NCBI RefSeq assembly: GCF_041956535.1
Contig: NW_027192204.1
Coordinates: forward strand, 437,140-501,139
Source: Calcarisporiella thermophila CBS 279.70
Lineage: Eukaryota; Fungi; Calcarisporiellomycota
DNA length: 64,000 bases
Direction of reading: 5' to 3'
Shown: positions 37,021 to 49,493 of the stretch, in pieces
How positions within the stretch are numbered: position 1 is the first letter of the stretch
How the letters are laid out: each line of letters begins with the position of its first letter
Made by a program: the position numbers and the translations under genes
The notes under the pieces: model-generated
What the model saw: the letters and a program-made list of their open reading frames with translations, nothing else
The model's database searches: none
What the model was told of the DNA's origin: nothing

Positions 37021-40000
37021 ATGCAGCAGCAACGTCGTCAAGTGGCATTCCTACACGTCCTTGACAAGGAGACTGGGGATCCAGTTTACCGTTTCACAAT
37101 CTACGAAGGCACCACGCAGATTGGATTTCATCCTACCAGCGATGTGCCACTCCGATACGCGGGTGTGGCCGCCGAGCACGCAAAGATAGGTAGGGGATAG
37201 GATTCTTGAACTGGTGCTATTCAAGGTCAATCGTGGCGGAATACCCACTTGCATGACTCTTTTCTGTAGAGATCGAGGGTGGCCTTCATTTCCTCGAGAA
37301 TTTGCGAGAGGAGAAAATAACCAAGATCGATGATTTCACACTGAAGAGAACAGGACATTCATACCAGATATCTAACAATCAGGTAATGAGCAAACTGCAA
37401 TGGATTAGACTTGATTCAATTTTCATTATTAGGCCCCCTGAACATTAACTAGATATTGACCTTTGGCGAAGTGAGATGCTTATATGAAATAACCGATGGG
37501 TCAAATTCTACGCATGTAAGGATCCATTCTTCAATGTTTATTGGGTGAAGAGGGTTGATCCCACAAGTGGCGAGCTACCTTGTTAATCTCTTCGTATTCT
37601 GGATCTTTTTTATATTCTCCAGACCTCTCCTGAATTTCGCGATTTCAGCATGACCAAATTCATCAACCCTCTGTTGACCGAAATCACGCCACCCACTCAA
37701 CTCATGCTTTCCCCAACACAGCCTATTTCACTTACAGCCCTTGCAGCTACCCAGGCTACGGCCTACAGCAATGTTGGCACACCCGGTCGCTCTTTGGTGG
37801 TTCGGGCGGAGACTCCCGGAGGTATTGGCATGGCAACCCCAGCAAGAGAAAGAGCAGAGGGGAGGCCACTCTCTCCATTGACCTCGACCACTTCACCGGT
37901 ATTACCTCCGGAGCATAGCACGGTGCGTGACGATATACGAAGCTCCCCACCCAGACCGACGCAGATATACGCCAACTTGTTCAAGAGCTCATCGCCCAAG
38001 TCGTCTCCATCATCACCGCAGCCTGCAAGCCTTAGGACGGAACGAATCAAGTACTACGAAAGGATTCGTGGTGCAGGAATTGAAGAGGAGAGTGATGGAG
38101 AATTAATTCATGAGACACCAGAAGTATTAACGGCGCAAATGCATGCCACGCAACCTACACAACCCATGGTGGCTGCTAAGCATGAAAAGGGGGAGGGGAG
38201 GGAGGGAGAGGGAGAGCAAGAGGAAGAGGAAGACGGGCGAGAAAGGGAGATGGAGCGGATGTATCACTCTCCCGGTGGTCTCTCGGATATGGGGAGGGCC
38301 GAGGATCTTGACCGAAGACACGTGCTGGTTCCCGGGACCGAGAAAATACTGCGTCATGTCATGCGTTCTCCCCATGGAGCGCACGAGAGTAGATACCCGC
38401 AGAGTCCCTTAGGGGCGCTGAGAGCGGCGAAAGCATCCATGGTTTCTCTGGGCGGAGGCAAGGAAGACGAAGAGGAGGAGGGATTAAAGGACGAGCGTGA
38501 CGTGATCCACTTGGCGCTAACGACCACGCATTCGGCGGAGAAGCACGAGGCAATGGAGGATTTCGAGGGAGTTCCCGCGTCACCCCTTCCGGAGGGCGAC
38601 GAGGACACAAAGGAAGCGTTCAAGACGGGCGAGGGCGAGGAGGAGACCATCAAAGGTACTCAGGTCCCGCGCTCTTCGGTCGGTTCCTCCCCAGAGCCTG
38701 AGGCTCGAAGCAGCAGGATCGGAAGCGTGGCGGCCAGTGTGTCTGGCGAGGAGAATATTGCATCCTCACAGACGCAGCAAGATGTGTCCCAGGAGCCCAT
38801 CCGCCCCACAAGATTCACTAGGAGGCGACAGATTATGGACGATGATGACGATGACCGCGGGAGCGTTGGAGGATCGTCGAGAAATAGTCAACAGGACCCA
38901 GCCGCGGTGAAGGGGAGTTCACCGAAGCAAAGCCAACCCGAGCATGCCGTGGTGGAGGCCACGCGGATCGAGGATATCTTTATGGCGAGAGCGGAGCAGA
39001 GTGAAGAGAGGGAGATCGAGAAGAGCTTGGAGAAGGATGAGGGAAACAACGGCGATGCTCAAGGACAACCCAAGGAGATCGAGGGGCGAGGATTCAGGAG
39101 CAAACGTGTCGCAGCCCTGTTCTCGGTGAAGAGAGCGGACAGCGAGAGGAAACGCACACAGACCATTCGGAAGCAGCCGTTACGGCGAAGCAAGAGTTTA
39201 GTGCCTACTGAGAAGCCGAATGCGTCGTCGGAGCCCTCTACCCCCTCGAGATCCTTGAGGAAACCACAGGGCGCGGGGGAAAAGAAGGGGGCCCATGCCC
39301 ATCGCCCTCCCGCCCTCTCAACGGCCTACCCCTCCACACGGCGAAAAACGGTCGCCCAGGCCAAGGCGGCCGGCCCGGCCTCTCAGCCGAAGGCAGGTGC
39401 GATAAAGGGGAATGAGCGAAGTAGTAGAAGAGCAGGCCAGTATGAGTATGTCGAAATAGTAAACGAGCCCACAACGCCCACCCGAAAATCGGCACGCACC
39501 CTCCGTTCCACCAGGGTGTCCTCCTTCCTCTCTGCTGCTAGCGACACGGCAGTTGCCCGATCCTCCGCCACTACGAGCAAGCAAGTGAGCTTTAGCTGCG
39601 ATCTGGAGGAGGAGCTCTTCGGCGACAATAGCGATGACCTGCAAGATGTGGGGTCGCCTAGCCAGCGCTCCCAGGTATCTCAGTCGACCCTCGAGAGCTC
39701 TAGCCCGCCGCAGCCTGGCGACAGGCATGGGCTGACGGAAAGCCAGGCGAGCGAGCTGCAGGAGGGCGAAGTGTCGCAGACGTTAAGTGGGCGAAGCAGT
39801 GGTAAGCGCAAGCGGGAAAGAGCCTCCTCGCGGGCAGCAACAAGCTCGCTCCCGGGGACTCCTCGGATTAAACGGAGTGCGCGGCTGATCCGCGCCAAGG
39901 AGTCGCTCACCTCCCCACGCAGAACTCGTGCTCGTTCCACCACGCCTGCCCCTGCGCTCGAGGGGGATGCGCCGGTGGTGCTGTTTACTGGCATTGACGA

Positions 40001-40769
40001 GGGCGATATCCAGAAGCGACGACGCACGGTAGAGGATCTTGGTGGCTCGGTAACCCACCACTGGCAGGACTGCACCCACGTGGTCACCGACAAGGTTCGG
40101 AGAACGCTCAAATTTATTTGCGCGCTGGCGAACGGGAAGAAGTTTGTGTCGACGTCGTGGATTGATGCCTCACGGCGGCAGCGGCGGTTTGTGAGTGAGT
40201 ATTTGCTGCCTGCTTGGGCCTTTGACGATGGAGAGGGGGAGTCATTTTCAGTTTAGCCTCATGTATTGGGCTGTACCTTGTAGGCGAGGAGGGCTACTTA
40301 ATACGAGACACCGTGGCCGAGCGGAGATACGACTTCTCGTTGCGGGAATCGCTTGCCGTCACCTCGGACCCCACCAAACCGAAGCTCATGGCGGGGCTGC
40401 GCGCCTACCCGACGGCCAACATCGAGCCGTCGCAGGCCGAGATGCGCGAGATACTTAGTGCCGCGGGGGCCGAAGCGTTAGAGTTCTTGCCGTCGCAGCC
40501 CGCTCCCGAGTTGCTTATAGTAGGGGGAGAGCGGGATGCTGACCTCTGTAGGCGGCTCCAGGAGGAGGGCTACGAAGTGGTGGACAAGGAGTTTGTGTTG
40601 TCCGGAGTGCTGCGGCAGGAGCTGGATAGAGTCAAGTAAGTGGGTTTTTAAAGGGGGAGGGGGGGGGGGTGGCGATGTATTGACGTGTTTGCTTTACAGA
40701 TACCGATATGGAGTTGTGACGAGCCCTCCCACCCAGCCCAGGTCGCCCTCGAAAAAGCGCCGGAGATGA
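37021..40769 (+). CDS. MDC1/Mdb1-like DNA-damage mediator: degenerate FHA, long disordered SQ/TQ region, tandem BRCT; 6 exons
   Basis: FHA-like TQIGFHPTSDVPL..GVAAEHAKI..HFLENL..ILTFGEV; BRCT VLFTG..LGG...CTHVVTDKVRRTLKFICAL..W; second BRCT EILSAAG..EFVLSGVLRQE. Confidence 0.85.
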
Positions 40770-41153
40770 CCCGGTGTGACCCTCGGCTTTGGCAGCTTTT
40801 CGCGAGCAAGTCGCGCCAACCCCCTCATACCCCGGTTTGTTGTCTAGTGTTCGATTGTAAGCTAAAAATTGTAAATCATATACTACTCTGCTTTTTATTG
40901 CTTTTCTTTCTTTCCAATAAACGCCGCTTTCCTCTTTCCCCCTGTAAATACATAGATATAAAACAGACTGACTTTGTTTATGTGCAGCTATCCAAAAATA
41001 AATACAAACACATGGCAAACTACATACAGCTTTGAATGTTCAATTGGCAAGCATATTATTTCTCGTGTGCTATGTTCATTTACACTAAATATACAAGATG
41101 GAGTAGAAGGTGGGGGGACACCCGCAAAGGCTGGAGCGAAGGATGCCAGCCCA

Positions 41154-41498
41154 TCACGAGCGGCGCGCCCGAGCAGCCGGTTTCGCGACGTGGAGATCCT
41201 TCAGCCGGCCCTCTGTCCGCTCCAGCTGCAGTCGCTCCACCATGGCCAGATGGGCCAAATCGCCATCGGTAAAGTCCGATTCGACATCGACAAACTCATC
41301 CATCGCCGCCTCCTTCTGCTGCTGCGTTTTGGGGGGTATTCGCTTAGGCTTTTTCTTCTTGACGGAGTCGCGCTGGATCTCGTAGGGCACGGTGAGGATG
41401 TCGAATGCGGCGGAGGTGGTAGCGTGGAGGTTGCGGGCCGCGATCAGGGGGCGAAGGGCGATGGGGCGAATGGATTTCGCAATGGCCAACGAGTTCAT
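41154..41498 (-). CDS. Small hypothetical protein (114 aa) with likely mitochondrial presequence
   Basis: MNSLAIAKSIRPIALRPLIAARNLHATTS is Arg-rich, has no acidic residues and contains an R-x-L-H cleavage-like site; coding-like composition. Confidence 0.65.
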   Translation of the reverse strand: MNSLAIAKSIRPIALRPLIAARNLHATTSAAFDILTVPYEIQRDSVKKKKPKRIPPKTQQQKEAAMDEFVDVESDFTDGDLAHLAMVERLQLERTEGRLKDLHVAKPAARARRS

Positions 41499-42180
41499 GG
41501 TTGCAGTTGGAAGGGTGAGTTTTCAGAAAGAACAAGGATAAGCCAAATCCAACAGTGGTGTGTGGACACTGGGCGTGTGGGAAAATAGAAGGTGGGGGGA
41601 GAAAATGAGTCTCACAACACGTCGATCGGATTTGTTAGGGCTCAAGGCTTTGTTCGGTGGCGCAGCAGGCCGCAAGGCCTTTGCCGGGACGGAATGCCAC
41701 CCGATCGCGGCGGCTTATCCAAATTCTGCGCCAGGAATGTGATTCGCTTAGCGGGGAGCAGGCGAGGAAGGCCGAGGGCGGGGGGGGCGTTGGCGGGGGG
41801 AGGGGGGGGCGTGTGGGGGAAGCGAGCTGAAAAACGGATCTTCCTTTTTTTCATTCTGCAGCCCATGGAATAACTAAACTCGTCCTTTCCTGTACCCACA
41901 TTCTATTTCGAATCGCTGAAGAGGAAAAATCGAAAATCTCTAGAGAAAGCCAAGAGGTGCTGCCAAGAAGTTTTGTGTTTCGATAGGGCAGAACTTTATT
42001 CCTTCAAGCGTAGATCGTTCCAGCAGAAGTGTTTCACCTAGCTTTCTTTTTTGCATTTTCCATTTTATCACTCTTTCTTCGCTTAGATTAGGCCTATCTG
42101 TTTTGCGGGCTCCCCCTTCTCTCTATCCCTTTTCCCAGCCCCCTCTCCCCCCTCTCTCATACTCTTTCTCACATCCAATC

Positions 42181-44241
42181 ATGACATTATCCACACAGCA
42201 TCTATCATCGTTTCAAGCCAACTTTCTCTCTCTTCCCCCCTGCGTCCTTGAGCTAGTTCTCCAGCATCCAACCCTCTCTCCTGCAGATCGTTGCGAGCTC
42301 GCCCGCACATGTCGTCTCCTCAACAACCTTACCAAACGTCTGCACTGCATTTTCCCCTTCTCACTGCCCCCTTCCTACGTCCAATCCCTCGCCGTACCCC
42401 CCCAAGATTCCCTTGCGCCCCTACCATTAATACAGCTCCGCGGTGATGTCAATGTCGCCATTGGATGGGAAGGACTAGAGTACACTGTAGTATTTTTCAA
42501 TGAAAAGTGCATCACAAGGGTTGGACGGGTGACGGCGGAGGAGGGGCTGATGATCGAGACAGTCTTCACCCCGCTGACCGCCAGGGTCTTGATGTCTTGC
42601 TCTCGTTTCAAGGAGGTGGCGGCCACCGTGCAGGCTCCCCTCCCCAGCCTGGCCGATTTCTTCTCGGATTCGGCGGGGCTGAGCGCCCTGTTAGAGAAAT
42701 TGGGGCCCATGGCTCTCGAGCGCTGGTCCGAGTTTATCACACAAGCACGCCTACCCGAAGGCTGTATGCGCCTTGCCCGCGCAAAGCAGGATTGGATGGC
42801 TGGCAAGGAGGCGCGGGTAATGGTGGCAAGGGGCATCTGCGACACGGTCCAGCGGCTCCGTCAGCGAGAAGTCTACTACGCCTCCGCTGGCTCTGCGGCG
42901 GTCCGGTGGTACGTGCAGCATTTAACCGTGTTTGACGAGTGGGATCTGCGGGTGCGGGCCAAACTGGCCGAGGAGGAACACGCCCTCCAGAAGCAGCATG
43001 CGCAGATCATGGAGTACGTGAACGGCGTTTTCAGCGAACAGTGGAGTGCGAGGTCGCCCGATTTTGGCGCCCTCCGCCAGATCATCCTCGACGGGCAGAG
43101 CCTGAATACCGGGGAGGTCGAGTTTGCAAGCTATGAGGTGCAGCTGATTCTCGAGCGCCTGATGATGGAGAGCATGCAAGGCACGAGTGCCAACGCCCTC
43201 CAAGCCGCTGCGAAGCAGCTCCACGGAGCGCTGGAAAGCCTGCGGGCCGAGCATGGGCGGTGCACTTACATGCGAGCCATGCGTCTCCCCCCCCAGCAGG
43301 TCGACGGCATTGGGAGGGCGCCCTGGACCACCCAGTGGAGCGAGCCGATTCAGGAGCGTATGCTCGACGCGGTGCCGCACAAACACGCCTTCACTCGAAG
43401 GATGTTTGGGTGGCTGCTGGGTGAGCGCCTGTTCATGGAGTTTTGCGGAAAATATGCGGAGCGCTCGTGGCGTGCGGCCACACAACACATCCTCACCGAG
43501 GAGGAGGGCGATGAGCTTCTGGAGATGGAGAGCGAGCTGGGCGATCCGGAGGGAATCCTCCTGGAGGAAGACGACGTCAAGATGGAGTGGGCCAAGGAGG
43601 ATGACGACGTCGACTTTTCCGCAGAAGAGTCGGGTCTGGATGGCTTTCTCCCGTTTTCAACCTCCCCGTCCTACCCCACCTCGCCAGCCTATTTTGCCCC
43701 CCCGGCCTCCCCCGACGACGCGGCTGCTGGCCCCGATACCCTGAGGGAGGAGCTGGCCCCCAAGGACGAGATACCCGCCAACTTCGCGGAGCTTATGTTC
43801 TCGGAGTGGTTCTCGCTGCAGCTTCAGCGCGCCGAGTCATCGGCCTTCTTCGACTGGGTGGCCTCGCTCTCCACCTTCTTGGGGATGGCGCGATGCCTGC
43901 TTGTCAACGAGTGCGCGTGGGTGGAGCATTTCGGGGCGGACACCGGAGAGGGCTGCTCGCCGTTGTGCTTCTTTTGCCGCAATGCTTGCGGGGAGGCAGC
44001 CAATCGACCGCAGCCTGAAGAGGCCCCCCAGACCGAGCGAATGCAGTCTGCGCTGGCGTTGGAGGTGGTGCAGCGGGTGGAGCAGGGCATGGTCCAGCTC
44101 ACACGAGTGGCCAGGAAGGGGCTTGTGGGTGAATGGCGAGTGTGGTGGAAATTTGCTTGCGTCGAGGTGTTGGGGATGGCCGAGAGCATGGCTGACGCTA
44201 AGACGGTCGTTGAAAGGATGGAGGCCATTCTTGCGAATTAA
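42181..44241 (+). CDS. Intronless F-box protein with unrecognised helical C-terminal region
   Basis: FLSLPPCVLELVLQH..LSPADRCELARTCRLL F-box pattern; about 686-codon open frame after a CT-rich leader. Confidence 0.7.
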   Translation: MTLSTQHLSSFQANFLSLPPCVLELVLQHPTLSPADRCELARTCRLLNNLTKRLHCIFPFSLPPSYVQSLAVPPQDSLAPLPLIQLRGDVNVAIGWEGLEYTVVFFNEKCITRVGRVTAEEGLMIETVFTPLTARVLMSCSRFKEVAATVQAPLPSLADFFSDSAGLSALLEKLGPMALERWSEFITQARLPEGCMRLARAKQDWMAGKEARVMVARGICDTVQRLRQREVYYASAGSAAVRWYVQHLTVFDEWDLRVRAKLAEEEHALQKQHAQIMEYVNGVFSEQWSARSPDFGALRQIILDGQSLNTGEVEFASYEVQLILERLMMESMQGTSANALQAAAKQLHGALESLRAEHGRCTYMRAMRLPPQQVDGIGRAPWTTQWSEPIQERMLDAVPHKHAFTRRMFGWLLGERLFMEFCGKYAERSWRAATQHILTEEEGDELLEMESELGDPEGILLEEDDVKMEWAKEDDDVDFSAEESGLDGFLPFSTSPSYPTSPAYFAPPASPDDAAAGPDTLREELAPKDEIPANFAELMFSEWFSLQLQRAESSAFFDWVASLSTFLGMARCLLVNECAWVEHFGADTGEGCSPLCFFCRNACGEAANRPQPEEAPQTERMQSALALEVVQRVEQGMVQLTRVARKGLVGEWRVWWKFACVEVLGMAESMADAKTVVERMEAILAN

Positions 44242-45115
44242 ATTCATTGTTTTTGCCTGTTCTTTTGTATATTGCATGTGTTTTTCTTCATTGCTTGTTA
44301 TTTTACCGTTTTAATAATACCACTTTAATCTTTCTCTTCTCTTCGAACTCGCTGGGACTGGAACTGGGATGAGGGATCGTACTGCTCACAAGCTATAATC
44401 CGGGAATGGAATCTACCGTTCAACCGGGGAAACTCAATGTCACGAGTACAAAAAGCTTGCCAGGCACGTTGCTACGAGGTTGTTTGTTTCTAACGGCGGA
44501 GCTCTCGCCGACTAGTGCACAGCCGAGTCAATTCGCTGAGTAGGTTATCTCGTCAATATGACCCAGAATAAGGTTCCCCGATCTATCTTGTGTAATCCTA
44601 GATGGAAAGGGATCAAGGAAGGAGGAAAGCACAACATAATGAAGAAAGAATAGGCAAAACAGAACATTCCTACGAGTGTATTTCAGATCAGCATGCGGAT
44701 GTGGAGAACAACGGGTTCGTCAGCGCCATACATGCTTGGCCTCCAGAGGGACGATAAGCTGATAAGCCATCAGGGCAGAGAGGTGCTCACATGGGCACAC
44801 GGCGCCGCCCTACGTAACGCTTTCGCTCCCGGCCAGTATGGTAGGTTGACTCTTGTCGTGGAGGCCGTGTATGATAGGGCAGAAACCTTATTATCGATGG
44901 GAGGATTATGGTGTGTTCCTGATTGGGCTAGTATGGCCGAGTTTAAGATGGTCAAAAACATGACTGCTGAGCACCAACCCACTCCTCCTTGAACAGTCCA
45001 CTAACTAGCAAATGAGGTGTGTGCTATTTTCGCCCTTGTCGCATTCTCTCTGACCATACCGTTTCATCGTTTAATATACCCCCTTTATCAACATTGTTCC
45101 AACTGCGTAAGAAGA

Positions 45116-48100
45116 ATGGCGGGCCGTTTCCAGAGTCGCCTCGGCTCCTCCGCAGACGTCCTCCAACAACACATCAGTCACGAACCCTCCGCTCCGAATG
45201 ACTACGGCTCCATCCCTCGCGTGCCGCGTTCCTCCCACTTTGAGCAAGCGGCTTCCCTAACTAGTCCCACGAACTTTTTTTCGCCCCAGCTACCCATCAA
45301 GGCGGCTTCCTCGAACGGCGGCGGTAAGCTCAGCACCTTTGAGGGGGTGTTTGTCCCGACTGTCCTTTCCATCTGGGGGATCCTTGTGTTTATCCGGTTT
45401 GGGTTCATCATCGCACAGGCCGGCGTGGTGGGCGCTGTCGTTATGTTGGGGATAGGGTACCTGATGATAACGCTAACGTCCTTGAGCATTTCGGCCATCA
45501 GCACTAATGGAACAGTAAGAGGTAAGGACATTCATCTTGACTTTGCATTCCGATGACCTCGTGGCCCCATGGCGGAATGAATTGGAAATAATGCATACCC
45601 ATTCACTTTACTCTGCCTACGAACTTACGCAAATAGGCGGAGGCGTCTACTACATGATATCGCGGAGCCTGGGCCCAGAATTCGGCGGCGCCATTGGACT
45701 TGTATTCTACCTGGGCCAGGTGATGGGCACCACGCTCAATGTGCTGGGCTTTGTAGAGAGTCTACAGGCCAATTTTGGAGAAAATGGAAGTGTTTATCCG
45801 ATATTTCCGTCTGGGCAGGTAAAGTTTCTGATACGCTCCAATGGTGCTTAGATTGATATTGACGTTGATGATGATGTGGTTCAACCAGGCGTGGGACTTC
45901 TTCTACAAGGTCATCCTCCTCCTCATCTCTGCCTTGATATGCATTTGTGGGTCCAAAGTAAGTCGCTCCCTCCCACCCTCCAATTCCCCTTCATTGATGC
46001 TAGCTTTGCTGACCCCTTCTCCTAGACCTTTGCTCGCGCATCGGTCCTACTTGCCACCCTCCTCCTCATCTCCACGGTCTCCGTCTATCTCTCGCTCCTC
46101 TTCCAGACCCCCTTCAACGATACCCAACGGGACATCGACTACACTGGTATGCGCTGGTCCACGCTGGCGGGGAACTTGTGGCCAAAGTTCACTGTATCTG
46201 CCGATGGGAAACACGGCGAGCCCGAAAATTTCCAAAGCGTTTTCGGGGTGCTCTTCCCCGCCTGCGTAGGAATCATGGCCGGTGCATCTATGTCTGGTAG
46301 GCGCAATCGCGTGCAGCCCATTTACAAGCCTTTCTCGAAAGTGGGGCATTGACCATCCCTCTCTTCCTTCGCTAGGTGATCTCGCCAACCCTAGCAAGTC
46401 CATCCCCTCTGGAACGCTGTGGGCCGTGGCCACCACATACCTTGGCTACAATGTCATCATTGTTCTGATGGGCGCAACCATTGCGCGCACCACTCTCTAC
46501 ACCGACTTCCTGGTGCTGCAAGACATTGCCTTGTCGCCACCGATAATCATTATTGGCATCTTTTCTTCAGCGCTGTTTTCAGTGCTGGGGTCTCTAATAG
46601 GCGCCGCCAAGATTTTGCAGGCCATCGCCAAGTAAGCTCGGCCTTTTCCCTCTCGGCCTCCTTTAAGTTCTAACGCCACCGCTGTATCCAGGGACAATTT
46701 GCTCTTCTTTCTCGAGCCGTTCTCCCACGGCGGTTTCAAAACAAGCGACGAGCCCACCATGGCTCTGATTGCATCGGCTCTGCTTGCGCTCCTCTTGCTT
46801 TTCAATGGCAACATCAATGCCATTGCCTCGTTCATCACCATGTTTTCTCTGCTTACCTTTGGCGTGACCAACCTCGCCTGCTTCCTGCTCAAGGCGGCGT
46901 CGGCGCCCAATTTTCGCCCGCGTTTCCGCTTTTTCAAGCTCTGGACGGCGTTCCTGGGCATGCTGCTCTGCATCGGAGCGATGTTCTTTGTCGATCCCGT
47001 CGTCGCGCTCTTGAGCATTTTGTTCATGGGGGTGCTCTTCGGCTGGATCCACTATTCAAGCGGGCCGAAGAGCTGGGGAGATGTGACGCAGAGCCTCATC
47101 TACCATCAAGTAAGGTGGAACCGAAGCCTGATTTCCTGGCGTGCCCCACTCACTCGGGTGTCCCCTTCGGCTTTCTTTTTTTGCTAGGTCCGCAAATACC
47201 TGCTCCGCCTGGATTCGCGCAAGGAGCATGTCAAATTCTGGCGCCCTCAGATTCTGCTCCTCAACTTTGATCCCGAGCCACGCAACGGCTCTTTGATCCA
47301 CTTCCTCAACGCGTTAAAGAAAGGGTCCCTCTATATCCTCGGGCATGTGATCCGGGGAGAGTTTCACGAGCAGCTGCCCGAGCTGAGGCGGCTCAACCAA
47401 TTTTGGCTGAAGTTTGTGGACACATCGCGCGTCAAGGCGTTTGTGCAAATCAACATTGCGAAGGACGAGCGCGCTGGGGCCAGGAATTTGGTAATGGACT
47501 CGGGGCTTGGGGGCATGAAGCCCAACATTGTGGCCCTGGAGCTGTACGATCTCGAGGGCTATCGACGCTCGAAACGGTGGCGCGGGGACAGCAATTTGAT
47601 CGCGCTCGAGCACGAGGGACCCGAGGCCGGAAAGGAGAGAGGGGCTCGCGCCGATGTCTCCATTACCGATTGGTGCGGTATCATCGAGGATGTGCTGCTC
47701 CTCAACAAGGCCGTTGCAATTGCCCATGGCTTCGAGAGGCTCGAGCATCCCCCCGAGAAAGCCCCCCTCTGGGCCCTGCACGACCTCCTTCGCCCCACCC
47801 CGGTCCCCGGCCACAAGCGTTCGATCGACCTGTGGCCCATCCAGATGACCTCCAGCTCGGCCTCCGCGGTCGTCACGACGAATTTTTTCTCGTACACGTT
47901 TGTTCTTCAGCTCGGAACGATCCTCCACATGGTTCCGAAATGGGGGGCCAACTACGAGCTGCGGGTGATTTGCTTTGTGGAGAGGGAGGTGGACGTGGCG
48001 GACGAGCGGGCCCGCGTCCAGAGCCTACTGGACAATCTCAGGGTGCCCGCGAGGCTGCTCGTGTTCAGCCTCGAGACCGTCCGAGTCCCGGCCTACGAGG

Positions 48101-48945
48101 CAATATGTCTAGGCCGAGGGGAGTCGCAGCGGGTAGAAACAGAGCTTGGCTCGGAGCAATGGTGGCTTGAGCTGAAATCGAAGCGAGAAGCCGCGGCCAA
48201 GAAGAGGCCGCCTCTGAAGTCGAGCACGAGCAGCCAGCGCATCGCGCGGGTGCGCTCGCGACCCACCTCCCCCTCCTCATCCCCCAAGTTGAGTGCGATT
48301 GGGGCTGGACTGGTTGCGCCTCTCCCGGGGCTTTTGACGCCCGCCATTCCCCACAGCATGGGCATGCGCATCAGCATGTCGATTTTCCATCCCGCCAACG
48401 TGATTTCGGAGGTGTCGGATGAGAGCGACACCGAGGAGGAGGCGGAGGAGGGCGAGGAGGGAGAGGAGGAGGAGGAGGAGGAGTGGGGGAGGAGCCCGGG
48501 GGACCGTTGGGAGGGGGGCGTCGAGATGAGCACGGAGAGAGAAGAGAACGGAGAGAGCAGCCACTTGGTGGGTCTGCCGCTGCATATGCCCACGCCCCAC
48601 CTCCGACGCGTCCACCCCAACCAGGAGCTGGTGCCTACCCTTCATGCGCCTCCCCTGCCTCCCGGGCCGCTGTCCGAGTCTGGGCCTGCTCCCAAGAAGG
48701 ACTTGACCGTGGAGTTTAACGATTTGCCCGCGGTGGCCCAGAACCTCATCCTCAACGAGGTCATGCGCAAGTATTCCCGGGAAACCAACGTGCTGATCAC
48801 GACCCTCCCGGCCCCAGAGCCGGGGACCTCCGACGACGAGGAGCAGTCGAAAAAATATGTTGAAAATCTAGAGATGCTGGTGGGAGACCTCCCTCCCGTG
48901 CTCTTGATCCATGCTAAGACCCTCACCGTCACCATGGCCCTATAA
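45116..48945 (+). CDS. VHC1: Cation-chloride cotransporter (SLC12A9/Vhc1-like); about 7 exons
   Basis: [90 protein letters not shown]-terminal VTMAL. Confidence 0.93.
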
Positions 48946-49493
48946 ATCCCCCATATAGATTTACATTGTTTTGTTCTTTTTTTTTTCTTCCCTCGTATAT
49001 ATTCCACGATATCTTTTCGGCTCATATACAATTTTGAGTTACGCTTGACACATTACCTTTTTACGTTCCGATGGAAACCTAAATGGTCCGCCTGTTTTTA
49101 TTTGATGTCGTTCTGTGTATAGTATTTCCCTCCCGACCCTCATCTCATTTACTGTTTTTCGATATCACTATGGTGTATACGCATTTTTTTTAAGGAAAAA
49201 ATATACAACCGAGATTCAGTACTCGTCCAAGGGTGGCCATCGACGTGGCCATGATCATTAGGGTGGAATAAAGAAAGTAAGGCAAGAGCACGTGCCCTTC
49301 GGCAGGCAAACCTCTTGTCGGAAAGCAAACAGGCAAATGAAAGAACAAACATCATTAAGGGGCATGAAATGATAATCACAACAGGCTGAGCATGATAATA
49401 AAAAAAGAATCATATCTACACGTCTAGAAGAGACAAATAATAATTAATATGCAAGTGAGCACGGGGAGGAGAGGGGAGAGGGGACGAGAGCCG

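Noticed and set aside
47314-48719. Long alternative-frame and antisense ORFs over VHC1 (similar ones over the P450, F-box, MDC1-like and MFS genes)
   Set aside because: Expected shadow ORFs of GC-rich coding sequence; no motifs
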